A DNA stretch of 64,000 bases from Mobula birostris. Taxonomy: Eukaryota. The number at the start of each line of letters is the position of its first letter. Position 1 is the stretch's first letter. The notes under the pieces were generated by a model. The model was not told where the DNA came from. It saw nothing but the letters and a program-made list of their open reading frames with translations, and searched no databases. The DNA is taken from positions 806,001 through 870,000 of the forward strand of contig NC_092382.1 of NCBI RefSeq assembly GCF_030028105.1, given 5' to 3'. Shown in pieces: positions 1 to 13,060 of the stretch. Made by a program: the position numbers and the translations under genes.

Positions 1-803
1 TTCAGCAACACTTGCGTACAGATTTATCAATCACAGGCACTATTTTGTTTTATAGAATTCGAAGGTAATGGACGAGGACTTAACGCACTGACCCGCCAAG
101 ATTCACTTTCAACTGGATAAGGTCAACACATTCAGTTGTGCTTCCCCAATGCACCTCCACGGAGAGTAAATAAACATCCTCTTGTCTGAAAATAAACAGC
201 GATAATATCTCACAGTTACTGACTTCGTGTAACGTGAATGCAATGGAAGACAAAATGATGTTTGCTGTAGTCTTGCCTGAATATCATTGTACTTACTGCC
301 CTGAGGCCGGTTGTGAGACAGTTTGGCCAGTGAATCCCCTAAAATCTGCAGTGTCCCCTCTGTAATTTCTTGGCACTGAGTTGAAGCAGGGCAGCAAATT
401 ACACAGCATGCACACAGACTGGGTTCGGTTTGGGACAGTCGTCTCCATCTCGCGGGTTCGGCGGGCCGGAATGTGACTTCCCTGGACTTAGTCAGCCACA
501 TAATGTTGCACAATTATGAATAGAATACATGAGTTCTGCAGTGCTTACCATTTTTTTTCCCCGTAACGGCTTTATCCTAATGTGCAGGGCCAGTGCAAGG
601 CTAACTGTAACTGTATGCAATGTCGTATTTCTTTTTCATTTGATTTTTGTGCAATCTGTCAGATTGGTTTAATGATCGGTAGGAGGTGGAGTTCGTGAGC
701 TGCGGGTTCCCGTGCTGTGTCTCTCGGGCTCTAAACCACGTCCTCTGTTGACCGTCATTTCTGCAGTGTCAAGATGGAGAACACTGCGTTGGTCTCTGAG
801 AAC

Positions 804-1714
804 TTAGATAATTCCTATATGAATTAATTGAATAATTGACACGAGTGGATATTTCGCTGCGTTGACGAACTGCTCTCTGAATTTGGACTGAGTTACCCCA
901 TAAATAAAAGTGTTTGTGCAGCAAGTTAATATCATCAGCATGTATCCGGTGTGTTGAAAAATGTATTGAGAGTCATTGTACTTAGTTTGATCCAATCCGG
1001 CAATGACGCTATAAAGGAATTCGGCAACACTCACCGACCACAGGATGATGAAGCTGCCGGAGCTGGTGAGAAGTAAGATCACAGACCTCCTCCTGCTCTC
1101 CATCTCCGGGTCACTGCGGTTCTCCGCCTTGCTCTGACCCCTCAGCCCCTTACGGACGCGACTGGTCACTAGGATGTGTCTGACTGTCAGAGCGTTGAGC
1201 ATTAGTATAAATACGAACGGGAGCAATGGCGTTAGAACTGTCGAAAGCCACCTATATCCCAGCCACCCAGGACCTGTATAGTAATCCGACTTTGTAATAC
1301 AGTCCCAGGGTACATTGTCAATCACTTTCACAGGAAAATATACAAAGGCGTTGGGCACATTTTTAAAACCAAGCAAAACACCGATTGTTGTCAGAATCAC
1401 AGCCGCAGTTTTCCCGGTGCAATACTTTGCTTTCTGCTTCTGGCAACAGATGGCGACAAACCGATCAAATGTAAAAGTGACAGTGAACCAGACAGAACAG
1501 TCAGTGGCTGTCTGTCCCAGGGCAGAGATCACACTGCATACGGGGGTGATGTCCAGGAAAGTCCCAGGGAAGTAATAATAACTGACCCGCCACAATATCA
1601 CCGCAAAGACGATGGTCATTAGATCCGCCGTTGCCATGGCCACCAGGTAGTGAGTGGTGCAGGTAGAGAGACCGCACTTTCCCCGGAACAGGATCACAAT
1701 CGCCACAATATTCA
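804..1714 (-). CDS. GPR139/GPR142-like class A GPCR, gene A, exon 2 (325 aa when spliced to 3114-3180)
   Basis: 7-TM ORF with N in TM1, LVAMATADL (TM2), FTFDRFVAIC (DRY variant), LLPF (TM5), FIILW (TM6) and CCTNTFIY (TM7). Acceptor ccgcag|TG at 1715/1714, stop at 804-806. Confidence 0.92.
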
Positions 1715-3113
1715 CTGCGGGAATAGCAAAAGGAATGAGTGAATTATTATCTCGCCAGTCCATGGTTCTCAGTGTAGAGATTAGCTGTAAATTGAGAACA
1801 TTAACACTTTCCAGACAACTGGCTTCTGGAACTTTCTAAGGTGTAATGCGGGGTTGGCAGAAGCCTCACACACGTGCACTCTGGTGAAAAGGGTGCAGTA
1901 CTCGAGGAGGAGCAGAATTTGGGAAGGAGGCTCTGTCAACTGATCGCTCAGGGTGCTTTGCGGGTATCAATTTCCAACACCCACCAATAGGTTTTCGACT
2001 GATTTCTAATGCTTGGTCGCTCGGCAACTTGCTCAGCGATTCTGATTGCCACGATACCGTCACCTGTGTTCCGGCATTCTCCGCATGCGCAAAACCCCGC
2101 TCCCACACCGCTGCCTATTTACAAATTTCCCAGCAAAGTTCATTCTCCCGTTGTATTATCTTCCTATCCTCCTCGACATCTGTTTGTCACCCGCCCACTG
2201 TGGCCTCCCTTGGCTAGCTACTTATAAGTTCGGTAGCCACTCTTGCGGGTGTTCCTTCACGTTGTTTTCAAGGAATCTGAAGAGAAAGTTCAATTTTCGC
2301 TTTTAAACGTTTTGCCTGACTCGCTGAACGTTTCAAATATGTTACTAGTTAGTGTTTAATCCATCCAATTTCCAAAGGAGAAAACACAATATGTACATCA
2401 AAGCATGTGCCTCTGTTAGGGTTTGCTCCAAATTACTGCAGCGTTATTCTAAATATTTTGATGTTTGTTCTTTCAGATCGGAGAATTGCATGAAACTTAT
2501 CCCGTCTGAACTCTAACTGACACCAGCAGGGCTCTCTCTTAATTCCCTCTTCATTTCTCTGATAATGGGACGTGGAAAAATTCCTGGTTCACTATATCGC
2601 GTGCAGACCCTAATTTGAATCGTGGAAACTCCCGATGGTTCGAGGTGATAGCTACCGTGCTCTCCTGAATCTCACCGGGGATTCGCTTCTCAAGTTCCCT
2701 TCAAACTTGCAGTAATTTCTTAAAACACAAAGCAATACCTTTAAATGTGTATTTAACGCATGTTGCGCTATTGATTCGGGATAACACAAAGCAGCCGGTG
2801 AAGGTGCCGAGCGCACCGGATTATCGGAGGTTATTTTAACAACAGCTTTGCAATGATAATCCAAAACTGCTTGTCATGATTCAGCAAAATGTAGCCTTTT
2901 CCCCGATATCCCACTCTATATCAGTTTCAGCTGCCGGTTTATTTTCAGCGGAGGCCACAGCTGAAACTTCAAGGGAACTTCTGAACGAACACAAAGTTTT
3001 TGTCACAACGTCTGCAGCGCACTCACTGATACACCCGCGATCATGTCGGGAAAGGAACAAGTCCAAAGACCGCGCACACAGAACTGCAAATATTAGTTCG
3101 CCTATGTTCTTAC

Positions 3114-3180
3114 CAGGAACACCAATAACGGCAATGACCATGTACCATATCTTTCTCACACTGTAAAATGTTTCAAGCAT
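3114..3180 (-). CDS. Gene A exon 1 (MLETFYSVRKIWYMVIAVIGVP, phase 1)
   Basis: ATG at 3180, donor G|GTAAGA at 3114/3113. The same 67-nt exon precedes all four intact paralogs and completes TM1 (IGVP-VN). Confidence 0.9.
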
Positions 3181-3420
3181 TCTGTGAAAGATTCAGCCTG
3201 ACTCCCAGCTGCCCGCGATCTCGCTGAAGAAACTCTGAGCTGATGAATCTCCACGCTCATTCATTTCTACTCGCTCCAGCACGCTGAATATTCAATACTA
3301 CACAAGGCTGACGTATCTTACAACAGCCGGGGTAAAAAATAAACATGATGTCAGTCAAGTAAAGTCCCAATTGTGATGAGGTGTGACTAGCTTGATGCGA
3401 AATTGCAACATCGCAAAGAC
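3181..3420 (-). promoter_or_regulatory. Conserved 5' UTR/proximal promoter of gene A
   Basis: About 240-bp block alignable with the same region of genes B, C and D. The TATA position reads TAGAAAT (3263-3269). Confidence 0.6.
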
Positions 3421-4475
3421 GGAGAAATGACGATGTGAAAAGTCAGTGAATGTTGTTGTGAAACACTGCAGGGCCGCCTCTCGGGTTATTGATTATTATT
3501 GCTGAACCGGCTGCCATCAAGGCCTCGTAGCAGTATGAAGCAAAGTAATTCCATCACCGTGCACAGGACCCTGGAATGGGCGCAAGTACTTAAACGGGCC
3601 GAGCATCTGCGTTCATTACATTTATACCAACACAGACAATTGCTTCGCGGATGAACAGAATTGGGAGCGTTGTTGACGGTGGGGTAGACAGCGATATTTA
3701 CATATTTCACCATCTGAACTGCACTTCCACTGTAGATAAAACACAATATCGGGTATTCTGCTTTTTTTTTCTTGTCGTGTTACATCGATGTGCTTATGTA
3801 TTGAATGGTCTGGACTGATTGGCTTTAACATCCTTTGACTGTCTGTACACTCGGTGCAGTAATCAGCTCACAGGCCGTCGGTTATGTGCTGAAATTGATC
3901 AGTTTGACAGATGGTCAGCAAAGGGCAGATTGGGGTCAATATTGCGGTACAGTACGTGTTGGTTTCCTTCCATTGATGAGTAGGGCACGGATATTCACGA
4001 AGAGTGACGGGGTTCTCGAGTGTGATGATGTGGAGACGGACAAGGAAATGGAAGTCCAAGCATCAGCGAAAGCAGCGCTACGGATTGATAATGTGGTGTT
4101 CGGTACATACCGAATACCCGCGTTCACTGACGGGAAAGGTCATGATACAATAATATCTAATATTGGCCTGATTGATGTATCGTAACCTTTCTGTTCTCCG
4201 TAAGTAAAGTGTGTGCTGCGGTGGAGACGATGCAAAAGCATTTCACCAGAAAGTTGCCCAACGTGGAATATTTTAGATATCAGCGGTGAATCTTTCATTC
4301 TCTCCTTGATCCGGAGGAGGAACAGATGCTTCATTCATAGTTTAATAATTATTAGAAACCTGCATGTGTTCACTAGTTATAACCATTTCTCCATATCATG
4401 GAAATCTCATACGAAGAACATAGGATTATTTGATGTGTACATTGTGGCATAAATTAGCGTGAGGTGTTATCTTTA

Positions 4476-4970
4476 TCAGAATCAGAATCAGAATCCTTTA
4501 TTATCGCCAAGTATGTGGACACATACAGGGAATTTGATGTCGGTTACCCTGAGCTCTCGCTGTACAGAATCAAAAAGCAAACAAAACAATAGTGCAAATA
4601 ATCGTGAACTGTATACAATGAGGTATACCTGTGTATGTGCAGCTGGAATTGATTTATAATAGACTAAAATTCAATTGTTCACAAGACTGATGGCATATGG
4701 AAAGAAACTGAGCGGTCATCAGAAGGAAGGAGTTGGAACAGGTGATGTCCAGGGTGTGACGGGTCTACAATGATGCTGCTTGCTCGCTCCCTGACTCTAG
4801 ATGCATATAAGTCCTGGATCGAGGGCAGCTTCACACCAATAATCCTTTCCGCAGCCCTGACGGTTCTTTGGAGTCTATTCTTGTCTTGTTTGGTAGCTGA
4901 TCCAAACCAGACAGTGATGGATGAACAGAGAACAGATTGGATTATTCCTGAATAGAATTGAATCAGCAGC
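4476..4970 (-). mobile_element. Rex1/Babar-type LINE 3' fragment
   Basis: (GATTCT)n tail after AATAAA on the minus strand, plus decayed C-terminal ORF resembling the other Rex/Babar copies. Confidence 0.65.
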
Positions 4971-5616
4971 TTTATTCGTTTGATGTCGATGTAAGTAATT
5001 GACGCTGCGATTTAGACGCGTACCTGCCGACCTAGGCTACTGCACTTTCAGTGGTGACATTGACGTCTCCACTAAATCAGAGAGAGAAAAAAACAAAACA
5101 ACCGAGTTTGGGTGCTCGTTCTGCAGAATTCGGGCACACGGTCGGCCTGACTGATCCTGAGCGGTTGCCCATCACAATTTACTGCTTAATACACTGACAT
5201 TCGGATATTTTACTCTGACTTTTCCACGGCCATAGTTCGGCAAAACAGGGAAGGGAGGACGGACATCCCATCTTCCAACCGGACACCTGAAATAAGCTGT
5301 GTTCCTTTGTCTTACATCGTCTAAACTGACCTCTCGTTGTTGCTATGATGATGCCCGTGTCAGTTTCTCGCTCTGATACGACGGAACCCTAAAGAACGGC
5401 TAGGATTTCACGCTTCGGAGAGAACGAATAAAGCTCCGTGTTTAACCTTTTTTTTTTCTTTCACCACCACGCAATCTTCAAGTTGGAAATAGTCACGTTA
5501 ATAATCTTGACCCATTTCCGAGGGTGAGTGACAGCTAGATTTTCTTTCCACGCAGACTGTTTCACTGGATAAGTCCTGTTGGTCTATGTTTCTGTTTTAG
5601 ACTTTGGGACATGTAG

Positions 5617-6773
5617 ACATAGTCATACTCATAGTCATAGTCATACTTTATTGATCCCGGGGGAAATTGGTTTTCGTTACAGTTGCACCATAAATAATTA
5701 AATAGTAATAAAACCATAAACAGTTAAATAGCGATATGTAAATTATGCCAGGAAATAAGTCCAGGACCAGCCTATTGGCTCAGGGTGTCTGACCCTCCAA
5801 GGGAGGAGTTGTAAAGTTTGATGGCCACAGGCAGGAATGACTTCCTATGACGCTCTGTGTTGCATCTCGGTGGAATGAGTCTCTGGCTGAATGTACTCCT
5901 GTGCCCAACCAGTACATTATGTAGTGGATGGGAGACATTGACCAAGATGGCATGCAACCTGGACAGCATCCTCTTTTCAGACACCACCGTCAGAGAGTCC
6001 AGTTCCATCCCCACAACATCACTGGCCTTACGAATCAGTTTGTTGATTCTGTTGGTGTCTGCTACCCTCAGCCTGCTGCCCCAGCACACAACAGCAAACA
6101 TGATAGCACTGGCCACCACAGACTCGTAGAATATTCTCAGCATCGTCCGGCAGATGTTAAAGGACCTCAGTCTCCTCAGGAAATAGAGACGGCTCTGACC
6201 CTTCTTGTAGACAGCCTCAGTGTTCTTTGACCAGTCCCGTTTATTGTGAATTCGTATCCCCAGGTATTTGTAATCCTCCACCATGTCCACACTGACCCCC
6301 TGGATGGAAACAGGGGTCACCAGTACCTTAGCTCTTCTCAGGTCTACCACCAGCTTCTTAGTCTTTTTCACATTAAGCTGCAGATAATTCTTCTCACACC
6401 ATGTGACAAAGTTTCCTACCGTAGCCCAGTACTCAGCCTCATCTCCCCCGCTGATGCATCCAACTATGGCAGAGTCACCAGAAAACTTCTGAAGATGACA
6501 AGACTCTGTGCAGTGGTTGAAGTCCGAGGTGTAAATGGTGAAGAGAAAGGGAGACAAGACGGTCCCCTGTGGAGCCCCAGTGCTGCTGATCACTTTGTCG
6601 GACAGACAGTGTTGCAAGCACACGTACTGTGGTCTGCCAGTCAGGTAATCAAGAACCCATGACGCCAGGAAAGCATCCACCTGCATCGCTGTCAGCTTCT
6701 CCCCCAGCAGAGCAGGGCGGATGGTGTTGAAAGGACTGGAGAAGTCAAAAAACATGACCCTTACAGTGCTTGC
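5617..6773 (-). mobile_element. Young 5'-truncated Rex1/Babar LINE (RT and C-terminus)
   Basis: ORF 5772-6812 has [29 protein letters not shown] (decayed YADD-type motif) and YKYLG. AATAAA plus (TATGAC)n tail. Absent at the paralogous site upstream of gene C (~32570). Confidence 0.9.
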
Positions 6774-6824
6774 TGTCATGCGACTCACGCTGGGGGAAAA
6801 ATAATGGATCATAAAGTATCAAAT

Positions 6825-7996
6825 GACCACCTGAACAAAACAAACATCTACTTTAGGATGCTTTTCGTCGACTATAGCTCGGCATTTAATACCATCATTC
6901 GCACTAACCTGATTGAGAAGTTGCAGAACCTGGGCCTCTGTACCTCGCTCTGCAATTGGATCTTCGACTTCCTAACCGTAAGACCACAGTCTGTGAGGAT
7001 TGGTGATAACATGTCCTCTTCGCTGACGATCAACACTGGACACTCGGGGGGTGTGCTTAGCCCACTGCTCTGCTCTTTATATACACATGACTGTATGGCT
7101 AGGCATAGCTCAAATATCATCTATAAATTTGCTGACGATACCACAATTGTTGATAGAATCTCAGGGTGTGACGAGCGGGCGTACAGGAGTGAGATATGCC
7201 AACATGAGGAATGGTGCCGCAGCACAGCCCGGCACTCAACGTCGGTAAGACGAAAGAGCTCGTTGAAGACGGAACACATACAAATCCTCACAGAGGGATC
7301 AGAAGTGGTGAGAGTGAGCAGTTTCAAGTTCCTGGGTACCAAGATCTCTGAGATCTAACCTGGTCCCAACATATCGATGTAGTTATGAAGAAGGCAAGAC
7401 AGCGGCTGTAGTTTAGTAGGAGTTTGGACAGACTTTGCATGTCAACAAATACACTCAAAAACTTCTATAGCTGTACCGTGGAGAGCATTCTGACAGGCTG
7501 CATCAATGTCTGGTATGGAAGGGCTACGGCAGAGGACCGAAAGAAGCTGCAAAGAGTTGTAAATCTAGTCCGCTCCATCTTGGGTACTAACCTGCAAAGT
7601 ACCCAGGGCATCTTTAGGGAGCGGTGTCTCAGAAAGTCACCATTATTAAGGACCTCCAGCACCCAGGGCATGTCCTTTTCTCACAGTTACCATCAGGTCG
7701 GAGGTACAGACGCCTGAAGGCACCCACTCAGCGATTCAGGAACAGCTTCGTCCGCACTGCCATCCGTTTCCTAAATGGACATTGAATCTTTGGACAATAC
7801 CTCATTTCTGTTTTTCTGTTTCTGCACATTTTTATCTATTCAATACGTATATGTATACCATAATTGATTTACTTATTAAGTATTGTGTATTTATTTATCA
7901 TTGTTTTTTCTCTTTGCTAGATTATGTCCTGCATTAAACTGCTGCTGCTAAGTTCACATCACATGCCGGTGATAATAAAGCTGATTCTGATTTTGA
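6825..7996 (+). mobile_element. 5'-truncated Rex1/Babar LINE, second subfamily, frameshifted
   Basis: [24 protein letters not shown] and FKFLG. Ends in gataataaagctgattctgattttga. Confidence 0.88.
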
Positions 7997-9456
7997 TGTG
8001 TGTGGCCAAAACAGGCCAATCCATGGAAGTGAACAAAGTAGAGGTATTTGTTGATGTGGTGGTCTGATATCCGCGTCACTTCTCAAACACGTGCAGGATT
8101 AAATATCCCATGCTTGAGTTGGCCGCGAAATGCGTGTAGACTAAATATCTGCTAGATTCCTCTCACTCTCCAAAAACATTAAAAAAGGAAAGGTAACACA
8201 CCGGGAAAAGTGGCCTACGCTGGCCAGATGTTTCACTTGATCCCGATGCACGTTTCTGACTTGAGGTCATCACTTCTCCGATTGTTGGTCCCCACAGAGT
8301 TGCCTGTACTCCTGAAACCCTCTATTGCTAGCCTTTTCCTTATCATATCAATCTCTTATGTTTTGAATGCTATGACGCAGGCGCATCTGACTGACGTTTG
8401 TCAGCTTCTCACTGGATCTGACACAAAGCTGCAAACAGTGTTGTTTTGTGGTTCTTTCCCACAGATGTGATCCGGGCAATTTACTTTGTCCTTTCCACCT
8501 AGACTGGTTCAAACCAGATCAACCAGGGTAGCCAGACAGCTGGCCCAGGTGACCAGATCACAGACTGTTCCTTCCGGAAGCCTGTCATTTAACAATGCAA
8601 GCAGCGGCTTATATGAACATGGTCTCAGGTTCAGAAGGTCGTCAGCACAAATAATAAAACAAAGGTTCAGTTGCTCTAATTAATTCTTCACTGAGCAAGA
8701 AATAGTTCACCAAATGGCGGCTGCAAGAGCAGCCTCACAAAATGGAAGATTCAATTCTGGCAACTACCTGCCAAGATCAAAGACTGTTTCTTTCTTTATT
8801 TCCATTGCTCTTGCAGGGTGCAGCTGCTACTGGACAACATCCCTATCTGTCTACCCGTCCATCCGTATATCTGTGTGTCTGTCTATCCGTCTGTCTGTTT
8901 CCCACCATCTGATATGTTATATATTGTGACTTTGATGGAATGGATTACACAATGAGATGAAGAACGAGAAGCAGTTTTGGAGACAGAAAAGCTTCGCCCG
9001 CAATCCAACTGGACAGATATGTTTTGACATGGGTACGATGTCAGTCTACAAATCAGAGGTCACTTCAAGGCCATTTGTAATGACCGAATGGATTTCATAA
9101 TCCATTAACTGGCGAGTCGACAGAGTGCAACTACTCAGCTGCTGTCGCAATTGGAGGCTGCATTGATGACGTATTCACAAGTGGACATAGAGTGCAAAAC
9201 GTCAGTGAAGGTTCACGAGCAATGGCTGAGTACAGTGAGTGGACAATCAACTCAAATGAACATAATCAAGTTGGAAACTGTCACTGACAGACAATGGGAT
9301 AATATAACAAAAGAATATTTCCAGACAGGATGAAGATTAACATTGTATCCTGCACTCCACAATCTGGAAGGACTTCACAAAGATCATCAGGCTCCTACGT
9401 CCCCGTGACGTTCGTCTGAAAACTGATGCAATATTTAACAAGGAAGAAGACGATGT

Positions 9457-10998
9457 TTAGACCATAAGACCATAAGACAAAGGAGCAGAAGTCGGCTATT
9501 CGGCCCATCGAGTCTGCTCCGCCATTTTATCATGAGCTGATCCATTCTCCTATTTAGTCCCACTCCCCCGCCTTCTCACCATAACCTTTGATGCCCTGGC
9601 TACTCAGATACCTATCAATCTCTGACTTAAATACACCCAATGAATTGGCCTCCACTGTTGCCCGTGGCAACAACTTCCATAGATTCACTACCCCCTGGCA
9701 AAAAAAAAAAATCTTCGCATCTCTGTTCTGAATGGGTGCCCTTCAATCCTTAAGTCATGCCCTCTCGTACTAGACTCCCCCATCATGGGAAACAACTTTG
9801 CCACATCAATTCTGTCCATGCCTTTCAACATTCGAAATGTTTCTATGAGGTCTCCCCTCACTCTTTTAAACTCCAAGGAATACAGTCCAACAGCGGACAA
9901 ACGATCCTCATATGTTAACCCTCTCATTCGCGGAATTATTCTAGTGAATCCTCTCTGTACTCTCTCCAACGTCAGCACATCCTTTCTTAAATAAGGAGAC
10001 CAAAACTGCCCACAGTACTCCAAGTGAGGTCTCACCAGCGCCTTATAGAGCCTCAACATCACATCCCTGCTCCTATACTCTATTCCTCTAGAAATGAATG
10101 CCAACATTGCATTCGCCTTCTTCACCACCAGCTCAACCTGGAGTTTAACCTTACGGGTATCCTGTACGAGGACTCCCAAGTCCGTTGCACCTCAGAACTT
10201 TGAATTCTCTCCCTATTTAAATAATAGTCTGCCCGTTTATTTTTTTCTGCCAAAGTGCATAACCATACACTTTCCAACATTGTACTTCATTTGCCACTTC
10301 TCTGCCCATTCTTCCAATCTATCCAAGTCTCTCTGCAGACTCTCCGTTTCCTCAGCACTACCGGCCCCTCCACCTATCTTCGTATCGTCAGCAAACTTAG
10401 CTACAAAGCCATCTATTCCATAATCCAAATCGTTGATGTACAATGTAAAAAGAAGCGGCCCCAACACTGATCCCTGTGGAACACCACTGGTAACCGGCAG
10501 CCAACCAGAATAGGATCCCTTTATTCCCACTCTCTGTTTCCTGCCAATTAGCCAACGCTCTATCCACGTATGTAACTTTCCTGTAATTCCATGGGCTCTT
10601 ATCTTGTTAAGTAGCCTCATGTGTGGCACCTTGTCAAAGGCCCTCTGAAAATCCAAATATGCAACATCCACTGCATCTCCCTTGTCTAGCCTACTGGTAA
10701 TTTCCTCAAAAAATTGTAATAGGTTTGTCAGGCAGGATTTTCCTTTAAGGAAATCATGCTGAGTTCTGCCTATCTTGTCATATGCCTCCAGGTACTCTGT
10801 AACCTCATCCTTGACAATCGACTCCAAGAACTTCCCAACCACCGATGTCAAGCTAACAGGTCTATAATTTCCTTTTTGATTCCTTGCCCCCTTCTTAAAT
10901 AGCGGAGTGACATTTGCAATCTTCCAGCCCTCCGGAACCATGCCAGAATCTATCGACTTTTGAAAGATCATTGTTAATGCCTCCGCAATCTCCGCTGC
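9457..10998 (-). mobile_element. CR1 LINE, 5'-truncated, relatively young
   Basis: ORFs 10237-10971 and 9688-10179 carry NYRPVSLTS, YLDFQRAFDKVPH, SGVPQGSVLGP, KFADDTK and LVRPHLEYC. Short tandem 3' tail near 9460-9478. Confidence 0.93.
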
Positions 10999-11199
10999 TA
11001 AGTATGTGCGGAACAGCGGATGTGTTCAAGCTCACCTGTCAATCACACTTCCTTCTGCTCTTGCAGTGCACCGCTCCGTGACTATTGTGTTACTCTACCG
11101 ATGAGCGGCCCTCGCCTTATCGGAGAGAGTCCCATCACTCTGATTCTATTATGGAACTTGTACTAATGTGCGGCTCTCGGTTGACTAAAGCAAGTAATA

Positions 11200-12365
11200 C
11201 CTCTGCCTTCAAATCCATTCTCCCAAAGTGAACCATTTCGTACGTTTCGGGTTGAACTCCATCTGTAACTGCTCAGCGCTGCTCTGCGTCCTGTCACTGT
11301 CCTGTTGTAATCTGTGACAAACTTCTATACTATCCATAATTCCACCAACCTCCACATCATTGTAAATACAATAATACACCCTCCACTTCCTCAGCCAAAT
11401 CATTCATAAAAACACAAAAAGCGGGGGTCTCAAACTACTCACTGCAGGATTCCACTGGTCACCGACATCCAGGGAGAAAACGCTCCATCCACAACTACAG
11501 TCTGGCTTCTGTGGGCGTCAGTCCTGAATCCACCGGCCAGCTCTCCCTGGATACCAAGCCTCTGACGCTATGCACGGTCCTACCATGGTTAACCATAGCA
11601 AATGCCTTATTAAAATCTATTTATACCAGATCAACTTTTCTACTTTAACCAATGTGCTTTGCCACGTCCTCACAGAATTGAACTAGGCAGTGAGCCATGA
11701 CCTGCCCCTCCCAAAGCCATTCTGACTCTCCCAAATCTTGTTCTTCAAAACCTCGCAAATTCGGTTTCTAAGAATGTTCTCCAGTAATTTGCCCATGACT
11801 GAAGTAGGACTCGCTAGGCTATAATTTACAAGGGTATCCTTATTCCCTTTCCTGAGCAAAGGAATCATATTTCCATTTCCGATCCCCTGATACTGCATGT
11901 GCGGCAGTGATGACGCAAAGATAATCGCCAAGGGCGCAGCAATCTCTCCCTCCGCTTCCCCCAGTAACCTGGGGTTTCTCGCAACTTCACAAGAGGACTT
12001 ATCTCTCCGAATGATTCTCAGAAGTTCCTGAACATCCTCTGTTTTAACCTCGTCCTGTTGCCGCACATAAGCCCTGTTAACGCTTCCTCACGAACGCCAG
12101 GAACTCTCACTGGTGAAAATTGAAGTAAACTCCTCATTAAGGACTTGTCCCACCTCCACCAACTCCAGCCGTATGTTTCATCTCTATCCCTGACCTGTCC
12201 TACTCTCACTCTAGTCATCCTCTTCTTCACATTCATCTAGAATGTCGTCGGGTTTTCCTTAATCCTCCTGTAGGCCTTCTGTAGAGGTTTCTTGTTCTCC
12301 TAATTCCATTCTTCAGTTCGCCCCTGGCTGCCTTGTAACTCTACAGCCGTGTCCGATCCTAACTT
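11200..12365 (-). mobile_element. Old decayed CR1 LINE
   Basis: Fragments EIAAPLAIIFASSL, NYSLASPTSVMGKLLE and LQQDSDRTQSSAEQLQMEFNP. Confidence 0.75.
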
Positions 12366-12379
12366 TATAAACCTGGGCG

Positions 12380-12565
12380 CGAGGATATCTGCAGATGCTG
12401 GAATTTCAAGCAACCCACACAAAAATTGCTGGTGAACGCAGCAGGCCAGGCAACATCTATAGGAAGAGGTCCTGACGAAGGGTCTCGGCCCGAAACGTCG
12501 ACTGTACCTCTTCCTACAGATGCTGCTTGGCCTGCTGCATTCCCCGGCAATTTTTGTGTGTGTTT
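12380..12565. mobile_element. Penelope-like element terminal repeat (inverted/hairpin remnant)
   Basis: Same terminal sequence as the GIY-YIG-bearing copy at 41.7-42.2 kb. The two halves are inverted complements around a hammerhead motif. Confidence 0.75.
12468..12503 (+). ncRNA. Minimal type-I hammerhead ribozyme motif (Penelope-associated)
   Basis: GGTC-CTGACGA-AGGG tctcgg CCC-GAAA-CG-TC-GACT: stem I, core, stem II, palindromic ACGT stem III, GUC triplet. Confidence 0.65.
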
Positions 12566-12764
12566 CTAAACCTGGTCAGCTTTTTCTCCCCCTGTTGATT
12601 AGTTGATCTACATCTCTTGCCAAACTATTCACCTATCCTGCACCCTATGTAGGTGCTGCCTAAAACAACTTCTCATTTCCGTTATGCATTTTCCAGAGCG
12701 CACCCGTTCCCTGTTTTAGCTCGGATATTCCAGCCTAATAGGATCATAATTACATTTAGCCAAT

Positions 12765-13060
12765 TAATGTCTTTGGAGACTGACACGGGGGTGTGGGGAG
12801 AGAGCAGGGCAGTGTGATTAGTTCAGGGACTGACATAGGTTCGTAGAGAGAGATCGCGGTGAAGTGAATCGTTTGGGGACTGACACGGGGGTGTGGGGAG
12901 AGAGCGGGGCAGAGGGATTAGTTTAAGGACTGACACAATGCTGTGTGGAATAAGCTGGGACTTAACAGGGCAGTGGGGTTAGTTTGGGGTGACACGAGGC
13001 TGGGGCGACATAGCGAGATGGTGGCATTATTTTGGTACCGGCACGAGTCTCTGGGATTAG
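12765..13060 (+). repeat. Degenerate ~50-bp G-rich minisatellite
   Basis: About 5-6 recurring units like gactgacacgggggtgtggggagagagcggggcagtgggattagtttggg. Confidence 0.75.

Noticed and set aside
109-513. 134-aa minus-strand ORF downstream of gene A
   Set aside because: No recognisable domain, non-ATG start and no splice support.
1715-1763. ORF-track N-termini of the GPCRs (MDWRDNNSL.., MEWRDSNLL.., MYGAST.., MAIGGNP..) suggesting single-exon genes
   Set aside because: These are read-through of intron and polypyrimidine tract. The intronic ATG is absent in B and out of frame in D, whereas the 67-nt exon 1 with a canonical donor is conserved and completes TM1.
804-3180. Assigning the symbol GPR139
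   Set aside because: The similarity is family-level only. With multiple divergent paralogs, orthology cannot be shown without a phylogeny.
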